A DNA stretch of 64,000 bases, taken from positions 6,528-70,527 of the forward strand of contig CALKTH010000080.1 of NCBI GenBank assembly GCA_937997485.1, in the 5' to 3' direction. Numbering within the stretch: the first letter of the stretch is position 1; each line of letters begins with the position of its first letter. Origin of the DNA: an uncultured Acidimicrobiales bacterium. GTDB lineage: Bacteria > Actinomycetota > Acidimicrobiia > Acidimicrobiales > SZUA-35. Of the stretch, positions 50,715-60,058 are shown piece after piece. Below the pieces are notes generated by a model that saw only the letters and a list, made by a program, of their open reading frames with translations, ran no database searches and was not told the origin of the DNA. The translations under genes and the position numbers were made by a program.

Positions 50715-51509
50715 ATGGCCGCTCAATTGCTCCCGGCACCCGTCACCGATCGACTCGAGGTTTGGCTCCGTCATCATGACGCCCTCGCACCGGGCCTGAT
50801 CACCGGCCTGTATGTCGTGGGCTCAGCCGTGCTCAACGACTGGCAGCCAACGAGCGACATCGACATCATCGCCTTCAGCGACGCGGTACCGACGAACGAA
50901 GACGGTGCGTTGCTTCGAGCTGCTCACCTCGCCGTTGGAGAAGCGCTATCCGGTATCGACATCGATGGCCCACGCCTTGCCTGGACCGACGTCACCCACC
51001 CGCCCGAGGCGCTCCGCCGGCCCTGGAGCCTGCAAGGCGAGTTCGAACACAACAATGAGTGCTTCGAGTTGAATCCTGTGATGTGGACCACGCTCGCCCG
51101 GTACGGCGTTCCGGTCCGCGGGCCAGCCGTGAAGAGCCTGGACGTCGCAAGTGACGATGACCGGCTGCGGTCCTTTGTGAAGGAAAACACCAACTCGTAT
51201 TGGCGATCAATCGCACACGCGGAGGAAGAAGCCGCCGCGGATCCCGACCGAACCGAGTTCGCCTCGGCAATGACTGCCTGGAGTGTGCTCGGCGTCGCCC
51301 GGATGCTCTACACGGCGCGGACGGGCAACATCGCGTCCAAGTCCGGAGCTGGGAGGTGGATCGCCCAGGAGCTGCCCCAGCATCAAGAGCTCATCGAGCA
51401 CGCACTCACGGTCCGCCGAGAAGCACACGGCATTCCGGACACCGCAGACACCGTCCGAGCATGCGCGGCTTTCGTCGCCGAGGTCGTCGACCTCGTGACA
51501 ACTGCCTGA
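50715..51509 (+). CDS. Nucleotidyltransferase-domain protein, ANT(3'')/aadA-like with DUF4111-like C-terminus
   Basis: Motif LYVVGSAVLNDWQPTSDIDIIAF (GS...DxD), with a helical C-terminal half. Confidence 0.7.
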   Translation: MAAQLLPAPVTDRLEVWLRHHDALAPGLITGLYVVGSAVLNDWQPTSDIDIIAFSDAVPTNEDGALLRAAHLAVGEALSGIDIDGPRLAWTDVTHPPEALRRPWSLQGEFEHNNECFELNPVMWTTLARYGVPVRGPAVKSLDVASDDDRLRSFVKENTNSYWRSIAHAEEEAAADPDRTEFASAMTAWSVLGVARMLYTARTGNIASKSGAGRWIAQELPQHQELIEHALTVRREAHGIPDTADTVRACAAFVAEVVDLVTTA

Positions 51510-51515
51510 CCTCGC

Positions 51516-52331
51516 TCAGGCCGCGAGGGGCGGTTCCGCCCGGTGGTCGCGCAGCCAGAGCTCGTAGAAACTTGGATCGACGAGCTTCGACGGGTGATGG
51601 CTCTTCGTACAACTCACCGCCATGGCGGGAAACAGATCGAAGGTGAACCCAAGGGTCCAGGTCAGCATCCGCCAATGGGCAACGGGACGGAACAGACGGC
51701 CATGGTCCCAGAACAATCGGAGCGTGCCGAGAATCGTGAACAGCGCCAAGAGCATCGCGCTGAGCATCATGGCAGCGGCGTAGGTTCGGCGCGAGCCTCG
51801 CTCGCCCTCATGCAGTGTCCGGTAGGCGTCGAACGCCACTGTCTTGTGCTCCACCTCTTCAGCCAAGTGCCAGAGAAAGAGGTCGGCTGCGTGCTGGTCG
51901 TAGTTTCCTCGGCGGGGGAACAACGTGCCCATTTTCTTGTCCACCCAGCGGGCGGCGTTGTAGGCCACGGTCTCGAAGCCCGCGGCGAACGCAAGATTGA
52001 AGCGTGCTGAGCGGCCTTCGAGCCATCCGTAGGTCCGACGCATGATGCGCTCGATCGGACGCAGGCCTGGGTGATGCTCACACAGCACATCATTGAATGC
52101 TCGATGCGAAACGTGATGGGCGAGCTCTTCTCGAACGAACTGCTTCGCCTGTTCGTGCAGCTCGGGATGCTCCTCCAAGTGAGGAACAGCGGCCCGCACC
52201 GACTTGGCGACGTAGGGCTCGGCGTACGGCATGATCAGCGACACCGCCGATGCGGCGCAGGCCAATTCAGGAAGCTCTCGGTGCCAGCGAGGATCGAAGT
52301 CGTTGGGAACGGAGAAGCTCACCCTCTCCAA
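51516..52331 (-). CDS. Predicted metal-dependent hydrolase (PF10118-like)
   Basis: 271 aa, TTG start (GTG 52322 is an alternative). Motifs REELAHHVSH and WHLAEEVEHKTVAFD. 6-nt gap after the molybdoenzyme gene. Confidence 0.7.
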   Translation of the reverse strand: MERVSFSVPNDFDPRWHRELPELACAASAVSLIMPYAEPYVAKSVRAAVPHLEEHPELHEQAKQFVREELAHHVSHRAFNDVLCEHHPGLRPIERIMRRTYGWLEGRSARFNLAFAAGFETVAYNAARWVDKKMGTLFPRRGNYDQHAADLFLWHLAEEVEHKTVAFDAYRTLHEGERGSRRTYAAAMMLSAMLLALFTILGTLRLFWDHGRLFRPVAHWRMLTWTLGFTFDLFPAMAVSCTKSHHPSKLVDPSFYELWLRDHRAEPPLAA

Positions 52332-52337
52332 TCGGCC

Positions 52338-54608
52338 TCAGACGGCGACTTCTGAAGGGGCAGGCGTCACCGACACGGGTACGCCGTTCAGCGCGATGTT
52401 GCCGCTCAATGCGTCAACGAAGGTCTCGTCGGTCAACACGTTGGTGTTGACGCCTTTGTACGCCGTGGCCACGCTCAGCTGCACACCCGGCATGTCTTGC
52501 CCGAATCCGTGCGGAATGCTGACCACACCGGGACGAATACCGTCAGTGATCTCCGCATCTACCCTCACCGTGCCGACTCTTGACGTGACTTCGGCGGCTC
52601 CGCCCTCGACCAGACCGATGCGCTTTGCGTCGTCGGGGTGGATCTGCAGCGTGCAACGGTTGCGGCCCTTGGTCAGGACGCGGATGTTGTGCATCCACGA
52701 GTTGTTGGAGCGCACATGGCGTCGACCGACCAGAACGAAATCGTCGTCCCACGCGCGCTCGAGAGACGCAGCGAGCCGGGGAAGATCGGCCCGAATGGGG
52801 TCGGGGAGCACTTCGATCTTTCCTGACGGGGTTCGCAGGTTTGCAGGAACGCGACCCTCTTCCAAGGCGCCAAGGTCGATCCCGTGAGGATTCGCAATCA
52901 GTTTGTCGAGCGTGAGCCCATCAGGATTGGCGCCGAACCCATCGCCATACGGGCCGGTCCGAAGCATGACGTCGAGCAGCCGGTCGGGCCCCTCGTGATC
53001 GCTCATCTGTGCCGTGAGTTCATCGATATCGCGCCCGGCCACGTTGCTGTTCGGATCCTTCGCCGCTGAAGCCAACATGGCATGGGTTCCAAGCTCATCG
53101 AGGGCGGCGGTGTCGACATGGTCGAACGATTCGCCAGACAGCAGCGCGGTGAGGCGAAGCATGATCTCACCCTCGCTCAGTTGTCCCTCGTCGAGCGGGA
53201 ACACCGGCTCGGAGTAGTTGGCCACGTTCCGCACGGCAAAATTCAACAACGCCAGGTCGTAGTGGCTCTTCTGCAACGGGGTGGGCGGAGGCAGGATCAC
53301 GTCGGCGTGCCGCGTGGTCTCGTTGATGTAGGGATCGATGCAAACGACGAACTCGAGGTCAGCAATCGCTGCGTCGAGTCGGGCTGAGTTGGGTGTCGAC
53401 GAAACGGGATTGCCAGCCACGGTGACCAAGGCGCGAACCTGTCCTTCGCCCGTGGTCTCCATCTCCTCAGCCATCACCGAGACGGAGAACTCCCCGAGAG
53501 ATTCAGGACTGCCGCTCACCCGAGACACCGCTCGGCCCATAGCAAAGCCGCGCCCACTTCCCGGCGTTCCCTTCGTCGAGGGCTGGCCCGTTGCGCCCTT
53601 GGCGAACATGGCACCGCCAATCCGGTCGAGATTTCCTGACAGCAGGTTCACGATGTCGACCAGCCAGGAGGCCAGCGTGCCGAATTCTTGCGTGCAGGTG
53701 CCGATACGCCCGTACACGGCGGCGGTCGGCGCAGCGGCAAGTTCGCGCGCCAACTCCCGAATGTCATCCGCCGGAATGCCACAGATCGGGGCAACGGCGT
53801 CGGGGGAGTAGGAAGCGAAGGTTTCCGGAAGGTCGTCGAGACCTGCGCAGTGCTCGGCCACGTTGGAGGGATCGGCCAGACCTTCCTCGAGCAGAACATG
53901 TGCGATGGCGGCCAGAAGGTGAGCATCAGTGCCGGGCCGGATGGCCACGTGCTGATCGGCCTTCGCCGCGGTCTCACTCACCCGAGGATCGACGCATACA
54001 ACCTTTCCGCCACGAGCCTGAATCGCTTCCAGTCGGCCTGGGAAGTCCGGCGCGGTACACAACGAGCCGTTTGAGGCGTACGGATTGGCGCCGAGCATCA
54101 GCAGGTGATCGGTTCGGTCGAGGTCGGGTACCGGCACGGTCACCGAACCGAACATGAGGGCCGACGAGATCTCCTTTGGCCGTTGATCAACCGTGGACGC
54201 CGAGAAGCGGTTGCGGGTGCCAAGTGCCTTGATGAGACCCCGGTTATAGATCATGGGCGCAATCGAATGAGCCCCGGGGTTGCCCAGATAGATGGCCGCG
54301 GCATCTCGGCCGTGCTCTTCCAGCACGGGCATCAGACCGGCCTCGATGACGGCAAACGCCTCGTCCCAGTCGACAGGGACGAACGTGCCATCACGCTTCA
54401 CGTGGGGTTGGCGTAGCCAGTCAGGATCGTCGTGGAGGTGGCCAAGTGTCGTGCCCTTCGGACAGACGAAGCCTCTCGAGAACACGTCGTCTTTGTCGCC
54501 TCGGATACGCACGACCTTCTCGTCCTTGATGGACAGTTCCAAACCGCACCCGGCCTCGCAGAGGGGACAGGTGCGGTGAGCGGTTCGTGTGCCAGGGTCG
54601 AGCTGCAT
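52338..54608 (-). CDS. Molybdopterin-dependent oxidoreductase (formate dehydrogenase/anaerobic dehydrogenase-like catalytic subunit)
   Basis: In-frame ATG 54608. N-terminal 4Fe-4S motif HRTCPLCEAGCG...FVCPKG, then molybdopterin and C-terminal dinucleotide-binding-like regions. Confidence 0.85.
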   Translation of the reverse strand: MQLDPGTRTAHRTCPLCEAGCGLELSIKDEKVVRIRGDKDDVFSRGFVCPKGTTLGHLHDDPDWLRQPHVKRDGTFVPVDWDEAFAVIEAGLMPVLEEHGRDAAAIYLGNPGAHSIAPMIYNRGLIKALGTRNRFSASTVDQRPKEISSALMFGSVTVPVPDLDRTDHLLMLGANPYASNGSLCTAPDFPGRLEAIQARGGKVVCVDPRVSETAAKADQHVAIRPGTDAHLLAAIAHVLLEEGLADPSNVAEHCAGLDDLPETFASYSPDAVAPICGIPADDIRELARELAAAPTAAVYGRIGTCTQEFGTLASWLVDIVNLLSGNLDRIGGAMFAKGATGQPSTKGTPGSGRGFAMGRAVSRVSGSPESLGEFSVSVMAEEMETTGEGQVRALVTVAGNPVSSTPNSARLDAAIADLEFVVCIDPYINETTRHADVILPPPTPLQKSHYDLALLNFAVRNVANYSEPVFPLDEGQLSEGEIMLRLTALLSGESFDHVDTAALDELGTHAMLASAAKDPNSNVAGRDIDELTAQMSDHEGPDRLLDVMLRTGPYGDGFGANPDGLTLDKLIANPHGIDLGALEEGRVPANLRTPSGKIEVLPDPIRADLPRLAASLERAWDDDFVLVGRRHVRSNNSWMHNIRVLTKGRNRCTLQIHPDDAKRIGLVEGGAAEVTSRVGTVRVDAEITDGIRPGVVSIPHGFGQDMPGVQLSVATAYKGVNTNVLTDETFVDALSGNIALNGVPVSVTPAPSEVAV

Positions 54609-54723
54609 CCGTCGATTCTCACACAGCCCTGCCGCACGTTCAGCATTCTCACGAGGCCCCTCGTGATCGGTGCCCAGGCGATGACTTCCATTGCCTGCCC
54701 GGTCTGGATTAGCGTCGGGTCCC

Positions 54724-55275
54724 ATGAGCACCGAGCGGCTGACCAGTTTCAAGAGTTTCGAGGAGAGCACGAAGGAGGACTGGGACAAGATCGCGCCACA
54801 GCTCGCACACACCCAGTCTCTCGTCGCAGACAAAGTCATCGAACAGCTCCGGTACCTCGAGCAGGATCATGGAGGGTTCCCGGTCGACCGTCTCGAGCAC
54901 AGCCTCCAGACCGCAACCCGGGCCGAGCGAGACGGCCGAGACGACGAGTACATCGTCTGCGCCCTGCTGCACGACATCGGCGACAACTTTGCGCCGTACA
55001 ACCATCCCGACATCGCTGCCGCCATGCTCAAGACTCATGTTTCGGAGGCCAACCACTGGATGGTCCAGCATCACGGCATCTTCCAGGGTGAGTACTTCTG
55101 GCACCACCTCGGTATGGATCGAGACACGCATCTCAAGTTCGTCGAGAGCCCCTACTACGACTACACCCGCGAGTTCTGCGCGAAGTACGACCAGACGGCC
55201 TTCGACAGCGACTACAAGAGCAACCCGCTCGAGCACTATGAGCCGCTCCTGAAGGAGTTCTTCGCTCCCAAGTGA
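54724..55275 (+). CDS. HD-domain protein, PhnZ/MIOX-like (possible diiron oxygenase or phosphohydrolase)
   Basis: In-frame ATG 54724. Motifs LEHSLQTATRAE, VCALLHDIGD and HWMVQHHGIFQGEYF. Confidence 0.65.
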   Translation: MSTERLTSFKSFEESTKEDWDKIAPQLAHTQSLVADKVIEQLRYLEQDHGGFPVDRLEHSLQTATRAERDGRDDEYIVCALLHDIGDNFAPYNHPDIAAAMLKTHVSEANHWMVQHHGIFQGEYFWHHLGMDRDTHLKFVESPYYDYTREFCAKYDQTAFDSDYKSNPLEHYEPLLKEFFAPK

Positions 55276-55443
55276 GGAGGCGGCGGTCCGCTCACAGGGC
55301 AAGTGACTGAGCGGCCCAATCGCCAGATAGAGTAGAGATGTACGTGCGGTCAGGGCTGATGCGACCACCCCTGCCTGGCGTATCGGAGGGATCACCACGA
55401 GCGGTGAACCCGCCCCCTCACTGTCCGGGTCTGGCCCGGAGTG

Positions 55444-58400
55444 ATGTGCGTGACCGCGGCCCGCGGTGCACCACTACCTCGCGATTGGACCGTTCCGATT
55501 TCCCGTCTCATCTCCATCCTTGGCGCCGATGCGCCCGAGGGCTTCCAAGATCTCGTTCAGGACCATCTCGACGAGATCAGCACGCCGGAAACTCTTGCGG
55601 TGCTCGAAGCGAACCGCGACTCATGGGTCCGGCTGCTCCTTCGCATGCTGGACGACGCCGATCTCCGCATCGACGGGGCCCAGCACCGTCTCCGTGGGCC
55701 GGAACGTTCCATGGTCGTCGCTGACTTCGAGCGGGAAGCAACGCGTATCGACGATGTGCTCACCTCGCTCATCGGTACACCGAAGGGCAAGCCGGCGGCG
55801 ACCGGCCCCGCTAGCGAGGAAGAAGCGGAGCCAGCTGACCCCGAGCTCCAACTGTCGTGGATTCCCGGGCGGATCATCGCCTGGCTGGGTGGTCCGGATT
55901 GTCAGCCCGGCTCAATCGACGAAGTCCGAGAGGCCCTGGCCGAGGCCGGTGTGTCCTCAGACAGCTGGGAAGCTCACCAGTCGGCCCGATTGCCCACCGG
56001 TGGAAAGGCTGAGTCGCTCTCGGTGCCTATCGCCGACGTGATCGGCTGGCTCGTCTCTCTCGGCTCGCCCGATGTCGCAGCCGACGCCGAGTTGGGGCCA
56101 AGCGCTCGATGGATCGGGCACGCTGCAGCGGTCGCCGTTTCCCTCGTCTCGCAGGGACGAATGATTCCGCAGGTGCGAAAGACGCGGCGTCCCAAGCACT
56201 TCACCGAGCCAATGGCCAAAGACGCGGCAACGTTCGTCGTCCACTGGGTCCCGGCGCTGCTCGAGAACGAGACGCTGCAGAAGCTCGCGACCGGGCTTCC
56301 TCCCGCTGTCAGCCTGTTCGGTCAGAAGCAGGACGCTCGAGTCACCAGCCATGCCGTCGTCGGCGATCTTCTCCACTCGATCTGCATGACGGCCGCTGAG
56401 CGCATGGACGTGCCCGCCGCGCCGCCTCACCCGAACAGCAAGGGCGAGCTCGCTGAAGCGATGCTGGCCCATCTCGGCGGGGGGCATTTCGAGGCGCCTG
56501 CTCGACTCGGTGCCGAGCTGATTCGCCGTCTCGATCAGTGGGGCAAACCCGTCACCACCACGTTGAAGACTCAGCTCGTCGTGACGCTCGAGGCCCCGGA
56601 CGATTCCAACGCTTGGTACCTCGCAGTAACGGCCGCAAACAACGACGGCTCGCTCGAGCCCGTCGAGTCAGCGATGGTCAACGCGTCGAACACGAGACGG
56701 AAGGAAGCGCGAGACCAGCTCGCCCGACTCGAGCGGCTGTTCCCACCGCTCCTGCGGCCAGGGGCAAAGCGCCGGGGCGAGGTCATCCTCAGCCAGGACG
56801 AGGCATGGCAGCTGATGACCGTGCAGGGGCGCGTGCTCGAGGGAGCGGGCTTCGAGGTTCGTGTGCCTGCACTTTCCCGTCGCAAGCCGACACCGTCGTT
56901 GCGACTCACCTCCGAAGCCTCAGAGTCGGTCGTCGGCGCCCAGCAGCTGGCAAACGTGCGCTGGTCGGTGCTCTTCGACGACCTCGAGCTCACAGCTGAG
57001 GAGATCCAGCGACTCGCGCTGCAAGCCCGCCCGCTGGTGCAAAGCCACGGACAGTGGGTTGAACTCGATCAGGCCGATCTCGCCAAGGCCGCCGAAGCTC
57101 TCGCAGAACGCGAGAAAGCAACCACGCTCTCCGGTGCAGACATGCTGCGGCATGCGTTGGGTCTGGAAGGTTCGCCCCTCGCTGGCGGCATCTCGATCTC
57201 CGGATCCGGTTGGGCCGCCGACCTGCTGCGCAGTGCCAAGGGCCTTCCGACCGATCTTCCGACGCAGCCAGAAGGATTCCGAGGCGAGCTCCGCTCGTAC
57301 CAAGCGGATGCTCTCGCCTGGCTCGGCTTCATCTCCGGTGCCGGACTCGGCGGATGTTTGGCTCTCGACATGGGCCTTGGCAAGACACCGACGATGTTGG
57401 CCCACCTCAACCTCACCAAGGGAGACGGACCATCGCTGGTCATCGCGCCTCCCGCCGTCGTGGGCAACTGGGCTGCAGAGGCCAAGAAGTTCATCCCTGG
57501 CTCCCGAGTGCGCGTGCATCACGGTGCGAACCGAGCAACCTTCACCGGCATCCCGGATCTGGCCAAGCGCGCCGACATCGTGATCACGACATACGGCACC
57601 GCCGTGCGAGATATGGCCGCTCTCCAGAAGATCTCGTGGAATCACGTTGTGCTCGATGAGGCGCAGGCGATCAAGAATCCGACGAGTGACACCGCCCAGC
57701 AGCTTCGCAAGCTCGAGGCCAACTCCCGCGTTGCCCTTACGGGCACTCCGATCGAGAACGGTCTCGGCGATCTCTGGGCCATTCTCGACTGGGCCAACCC
57801 GGGTCTCGTTGGCGGTCGCAACCAGTTCGTTGCCCAACTCTCGGCAACCAACGCCGGAAACGAGGCCGAGGGTGCGCTCCGAGCACTCAACGGCATCATG
57901 GTCTTCCGCCGGACGAAGGCAGAGCCCTCGATCGCTGCCGAGCTGCCGGATCGCATTGACGAACTCGACTACTGCGCGATGACACCGGAGCAAATCGGCC
58001 TCTACCAGGCCGTCCTCGACAGCCTCGTTGCGCAGCAGGCCGAAGTGGATGCCGGGGCACCTCGCAAGAAGGGAGCCGTGCTGGCTGCCATCACGGCCCT
58101 CAAGCAGATTTGCAACCACCCCGTGAACTACCGGGACGATGCCGAAGGCGAGGACCTGGGGCTCGACGATCGGTCCGGCAAGCTCGCCCGCCTCATCGAG
58201 ATCATGGACACCGTGTTCGCCGCCGGCGAGAAGATTCTCATCTTCACCCACTTCGCCAGCTGGGGTGAGGTTTTGGCCAAGCACCTGTCAAAACGGTTCG
58301 GCAAGCCCATCAGCTGCTACCACGGCGGTTTGGCCCGCGGTGCCCGAGACCGCATGGTCGACAACTTCCAGGAGCGAGAGGGAGCCGGAGCGCTGGTGCT

Positions 58401-58827
58401 TTCGCTGAAGGCCGGCGGCACCGGCCTCAACCTCACCGCCGCCAACCACGTCGTGCTCTACGACCGCTGGTGGAACCCGGCAGTTGAGGATCAGGCTCGA
58501 GACCGAGTGTGGCGTATTGGCCAGAAGAACACCGTGGTGTGTCACCGCCTGGTGTGTCCCGGCACGGTTGATGAACGTGTCGAAGAAGTGGTGGCTGGAA
58601 AACGCAAGATCGCCGACATGGTGCTTCCAAAGTCGAGTTCGATTGAAGACCTCGACGCGAACCAACTGCAGGCTGCGCTCGGCATCGATCCAGAGCAAAT
58701 GCTCAGCATGGACGACGTGACCGACAGCGTGGCGGACGCCGCGAACCATGCGGGATCTGAACGCGTCACCAACGATCAGGGAGGCGGTGCGCCTTCAGCC
58801 GGCGCGCCGGTGGAGGTACCAGCATGA
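55444..58827 (+). CDS. SNF2-family DEAD/DEAH helicase (HelZ/RapA-like) with long N-terminal SNF2-associated region
   Basis: Motifs LRSYQADALAWL, LALDMGLGKT, VLDEAQAIKNP and RWWNPAVEDQARDRVWRIGQ. Start uncertain: GTG 55441, ATG 55444 or GTG 55450. Confidence 0.9.
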   Translation: MCVTAARGAPLPRDWTVPISRLISILGADAPEGFQDLVQDHLDEISTPETLAVLEANRDSWVRLLLRMLDDADLRIDGAQHRLRGPERSMVVADFEREATRIDDVLTSLIGTPKGKPAATGPASEEEAEPADPELQLSWIPGRIIAWLGGPDCQPGSIDEVREALAEAGVSSDSWEAHQSARLPTGGKAESLSVPIADVIGWLVSLGSPDVAADAELGPSARWIGHAAAVAVSLVSQGRMIPQVRKTRRPKHFTEPMAKDAATFVVHWVPALLENETLQKLATGLPPAVSLFGQKQDARVTSHAVVGDLLHSICMTAAERMDVPAAPPHPNSKGELAEAMLAHLGGGHFEAPARLGAELIRRLDQWGKPVTTTLKTQLVVTLEAPDDSNAWYLAVTAANNDGSLEPVESAMVNASNTRRKEARDQLARLERLFPPLLRPGAKRRGEVILSQDEAWQLMTVQGRVLEGAGFEVRVPALSRRKPTPSLRLTSEASESVVGAQQLANVRWSVLFDDLELTAEEIQRLALQARPLVQSHGQWVELDQADLAKAAEALAEREKATTLSGADMLRHALGLEGSPLAGGISISGSGWAADLLRSAKGLPTDLPTQPEGFRGELRSYQADALAWLGFISGAGLGGCLALDMGLGKTPTMLAHLNLTKGDGPSLVIAPPAVVGNWAAEAKKFIPGSRVRVHHGANRATFTGIPDLAKRADIVITTYGTAVRDMAALQKISWNHVVLDEAQAIKNPTSDTAQQLRKLEANSRVALTGTPIENGLGDLWAILDWANPGLVGGRNQFVAQLSATNAGNEAEGALRALNGIMVFRRTKAEPSIAAELPDRIDELDYCAMTPEQIGLYQAVLDSLVAQQAEVDAGAPRKKGAVLAAITALKQICNHPVNYRDDAEGEDLGLDDRSGKLARLIEIMDTVFAAGEKILIFTHFASWGEVLAKHLSKRFGKPISCYHGGLARGARDRMVDNFQEREGAGALVLSLKAGGTGLNLTAANHVVLYDRWWNPAVEDQARDRVWRIGQKNTVVCHRLVCPGTVDERVEEVVAGKRKIADMVLPKSSSIEDLDANQLQAALGIDPEQMLSMDDVTDSVADAANHAGSERVTNDQGGGAPSAGAPVEVPA

Positions 58828-59123
58828 GCACCAACGGTTCACGCCGAGGACGCGGACGTCGGCGCAAGTCGGGAGCGAAGTCCAACGCCAAGCAGACGAA
58901 ACAGTTCTTCGGTGACGAAGAACTGGTCAGCTTCGAGCGACCCGTGATCAAAGTCTCGACGCAGCCGACCTCAGTGGTCGAATCGCTCGGTCGGCCCCCG
59001 CTTGCCGGTCAAGAGGCCATGGCGGAGCACTACTTTCAAGCGGTGTACCAGCGCGCCGCCATGCTCGGCAGCGCCCTGGCCATGGCGGGCGAGCTCGAAA
59101 CCGACGACGATCGTTTGAACTGA
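58824..59123 (+). CDS. Small hypothetical protein (99 aa, Arg/Lys-rich N-terminus), translationally coupled to the SNF2 helicase
   Basis: ATGA overlap with the helicase stop. Sequence MSTNGSRRGRGRRRKSGAKSNAKQTKQFFGDEELV...; no Cys residues. Confidence 0.55.
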   Translation: MSTNGSRRGRGRRRKSGAKSNAKQTKQFFGDEELVSFERPVIKVSTQPTSVVESLGRPPLAGQEAMAEHYFQAVYQRAAMLGSALAMAGELETDDDRLN

Positions 59124-59152
59124 ACACGGCCGCTGCAGGAGCGGGCAGCGAC

Positions 59153-60001
59153 TCAGCCGAGCCCGTCGCTCATGGGGTAGAGATCGGGGAAGTCGGCCGG
59201 CCGCTTCTCCATCTGGGCCGTGAAGGCCTCGGCCATGTCATCGGTGTCGAACATGGCGGCGTTCCAGTTCGCGATGTACTCCAGCGAGTCCGTCACGTTG
59301 TGGTCTCGGGTGTAGTGCATCGTCTGTTTCGTGCCCCAGACCGCCATGGGGCTCTTCGAGGCAATCTCCTTTGCCACGTCCATCACTCCGGCCAGAAGCG
59401 CGTCGTGATCCTCGAAGACAGCGTTGACGAAACCCATGGATTGGGCTTCGCCGGCAGTGAACCGGCGACCCGTGTATGCCAGCTCGCGTACGATGCCTTC
59501 CGGCACCAGCTTCGGCATTCGTTGCAGCGTCCCGACGTCTGCCGTCATGCCGATGTTGACCTCAGCAATTGAGAAGAACGCATCGGCAGTGGCGTATCGC
59601 ATGTCGCATGCCGACACCATGTCGATGCCACCGCCCACACACGCTCCCTGGATTGCCGCCAGCACGGGCATGCGAGCCCGCTCGAGAGCGGTGAATGAGT
59701 CCTGCAGTTTGAGTGCCGTTGATCGGAAGCGCTCGTTTCGCCGGCTTCGATGTCCCGACGAAGCGCTGGGCCCAACGTTGTCGTCTGTGGTGAAGACCTC
59801 GAGATCCATGCCCGAGCAGAAGTGACGACCCTCCCCGGAGAGCACCATGGCTCGTGCGGTTCCGCTCGCGGAGAGTTCGTCGACGATGGCCGGCAAGTCC
59901 CGCCAAAACGACGGGATCATCGAGTTGGCCTTGTCTGGCCGATTCATCCGCAGATGCGCCACCCGGTCGGTGACTTCCAGTTCGAAACACTCGTAGCCCA
60001 T
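59153..60001 (-). CDS. Enoyl-CoA hydratase/isomerase family protein (dienoyl-CoA isomerase-like)
   Basis: 282 aa. Motifs RMNRPDKANSM, GEGRHFCSGMDLE and IQGACVGGGIDM. Confidence 0.88.
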   Translation of the reverse strand: MGYECFELEVTDRVAHLRMNRPDKANSMIPSFWRDLPAIVDELSASGTARAMVLSGEGRHFCSGMDLEVFTTDDNVGPSASSGHRSRRNERFRSTALKLQDSFTALERARMPVLAAIQGACVGGGIDMVSACDMRYATADAFFSIAEVNIGMTADVGTLQRMPKLVPEGIVRELAYTGRRFTAGEAQSMGFVNAVFEDHDALLAGVMDVAKEIASKSPMAVWGTKQTMHYTRDHNVTDSLEYIANWNAAMFDTDDMAEAFTAQMEKRPADFPDLYPMSDGLG

Positions 60002-60058
60002 GTGATTCCTTGCGTCTGGCCTGCCCTCGGTTCCTACCGTGTCGCAGGGGATGTTCGG

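Noticed and set aside
54609-54839. Upstream starts for the molybdoenzyme ORF (including ATG 54725)
   Set aside because: They would overlap the divergent HD gene. Family members normally start ~10-15 residues before the CxxCxxxC motif, which fits ATG 54608.
56920-58284. 454-aa minus-strand ORF opposite the SNF2 helicase core
   Set aside because: The plus strand encodes all the canonical SNF2 motifs. The antisense ORF has none.
55444-58827. SNF2 helicase as part of DISARM, Zorya or another defence system
   Set aside because: No partner genes (methyltransferase, PLD, DUF1998, ZorA/B-like) are present. The architecture matches the housekeeping HelZ/RapA-like actinobacterial helicases.
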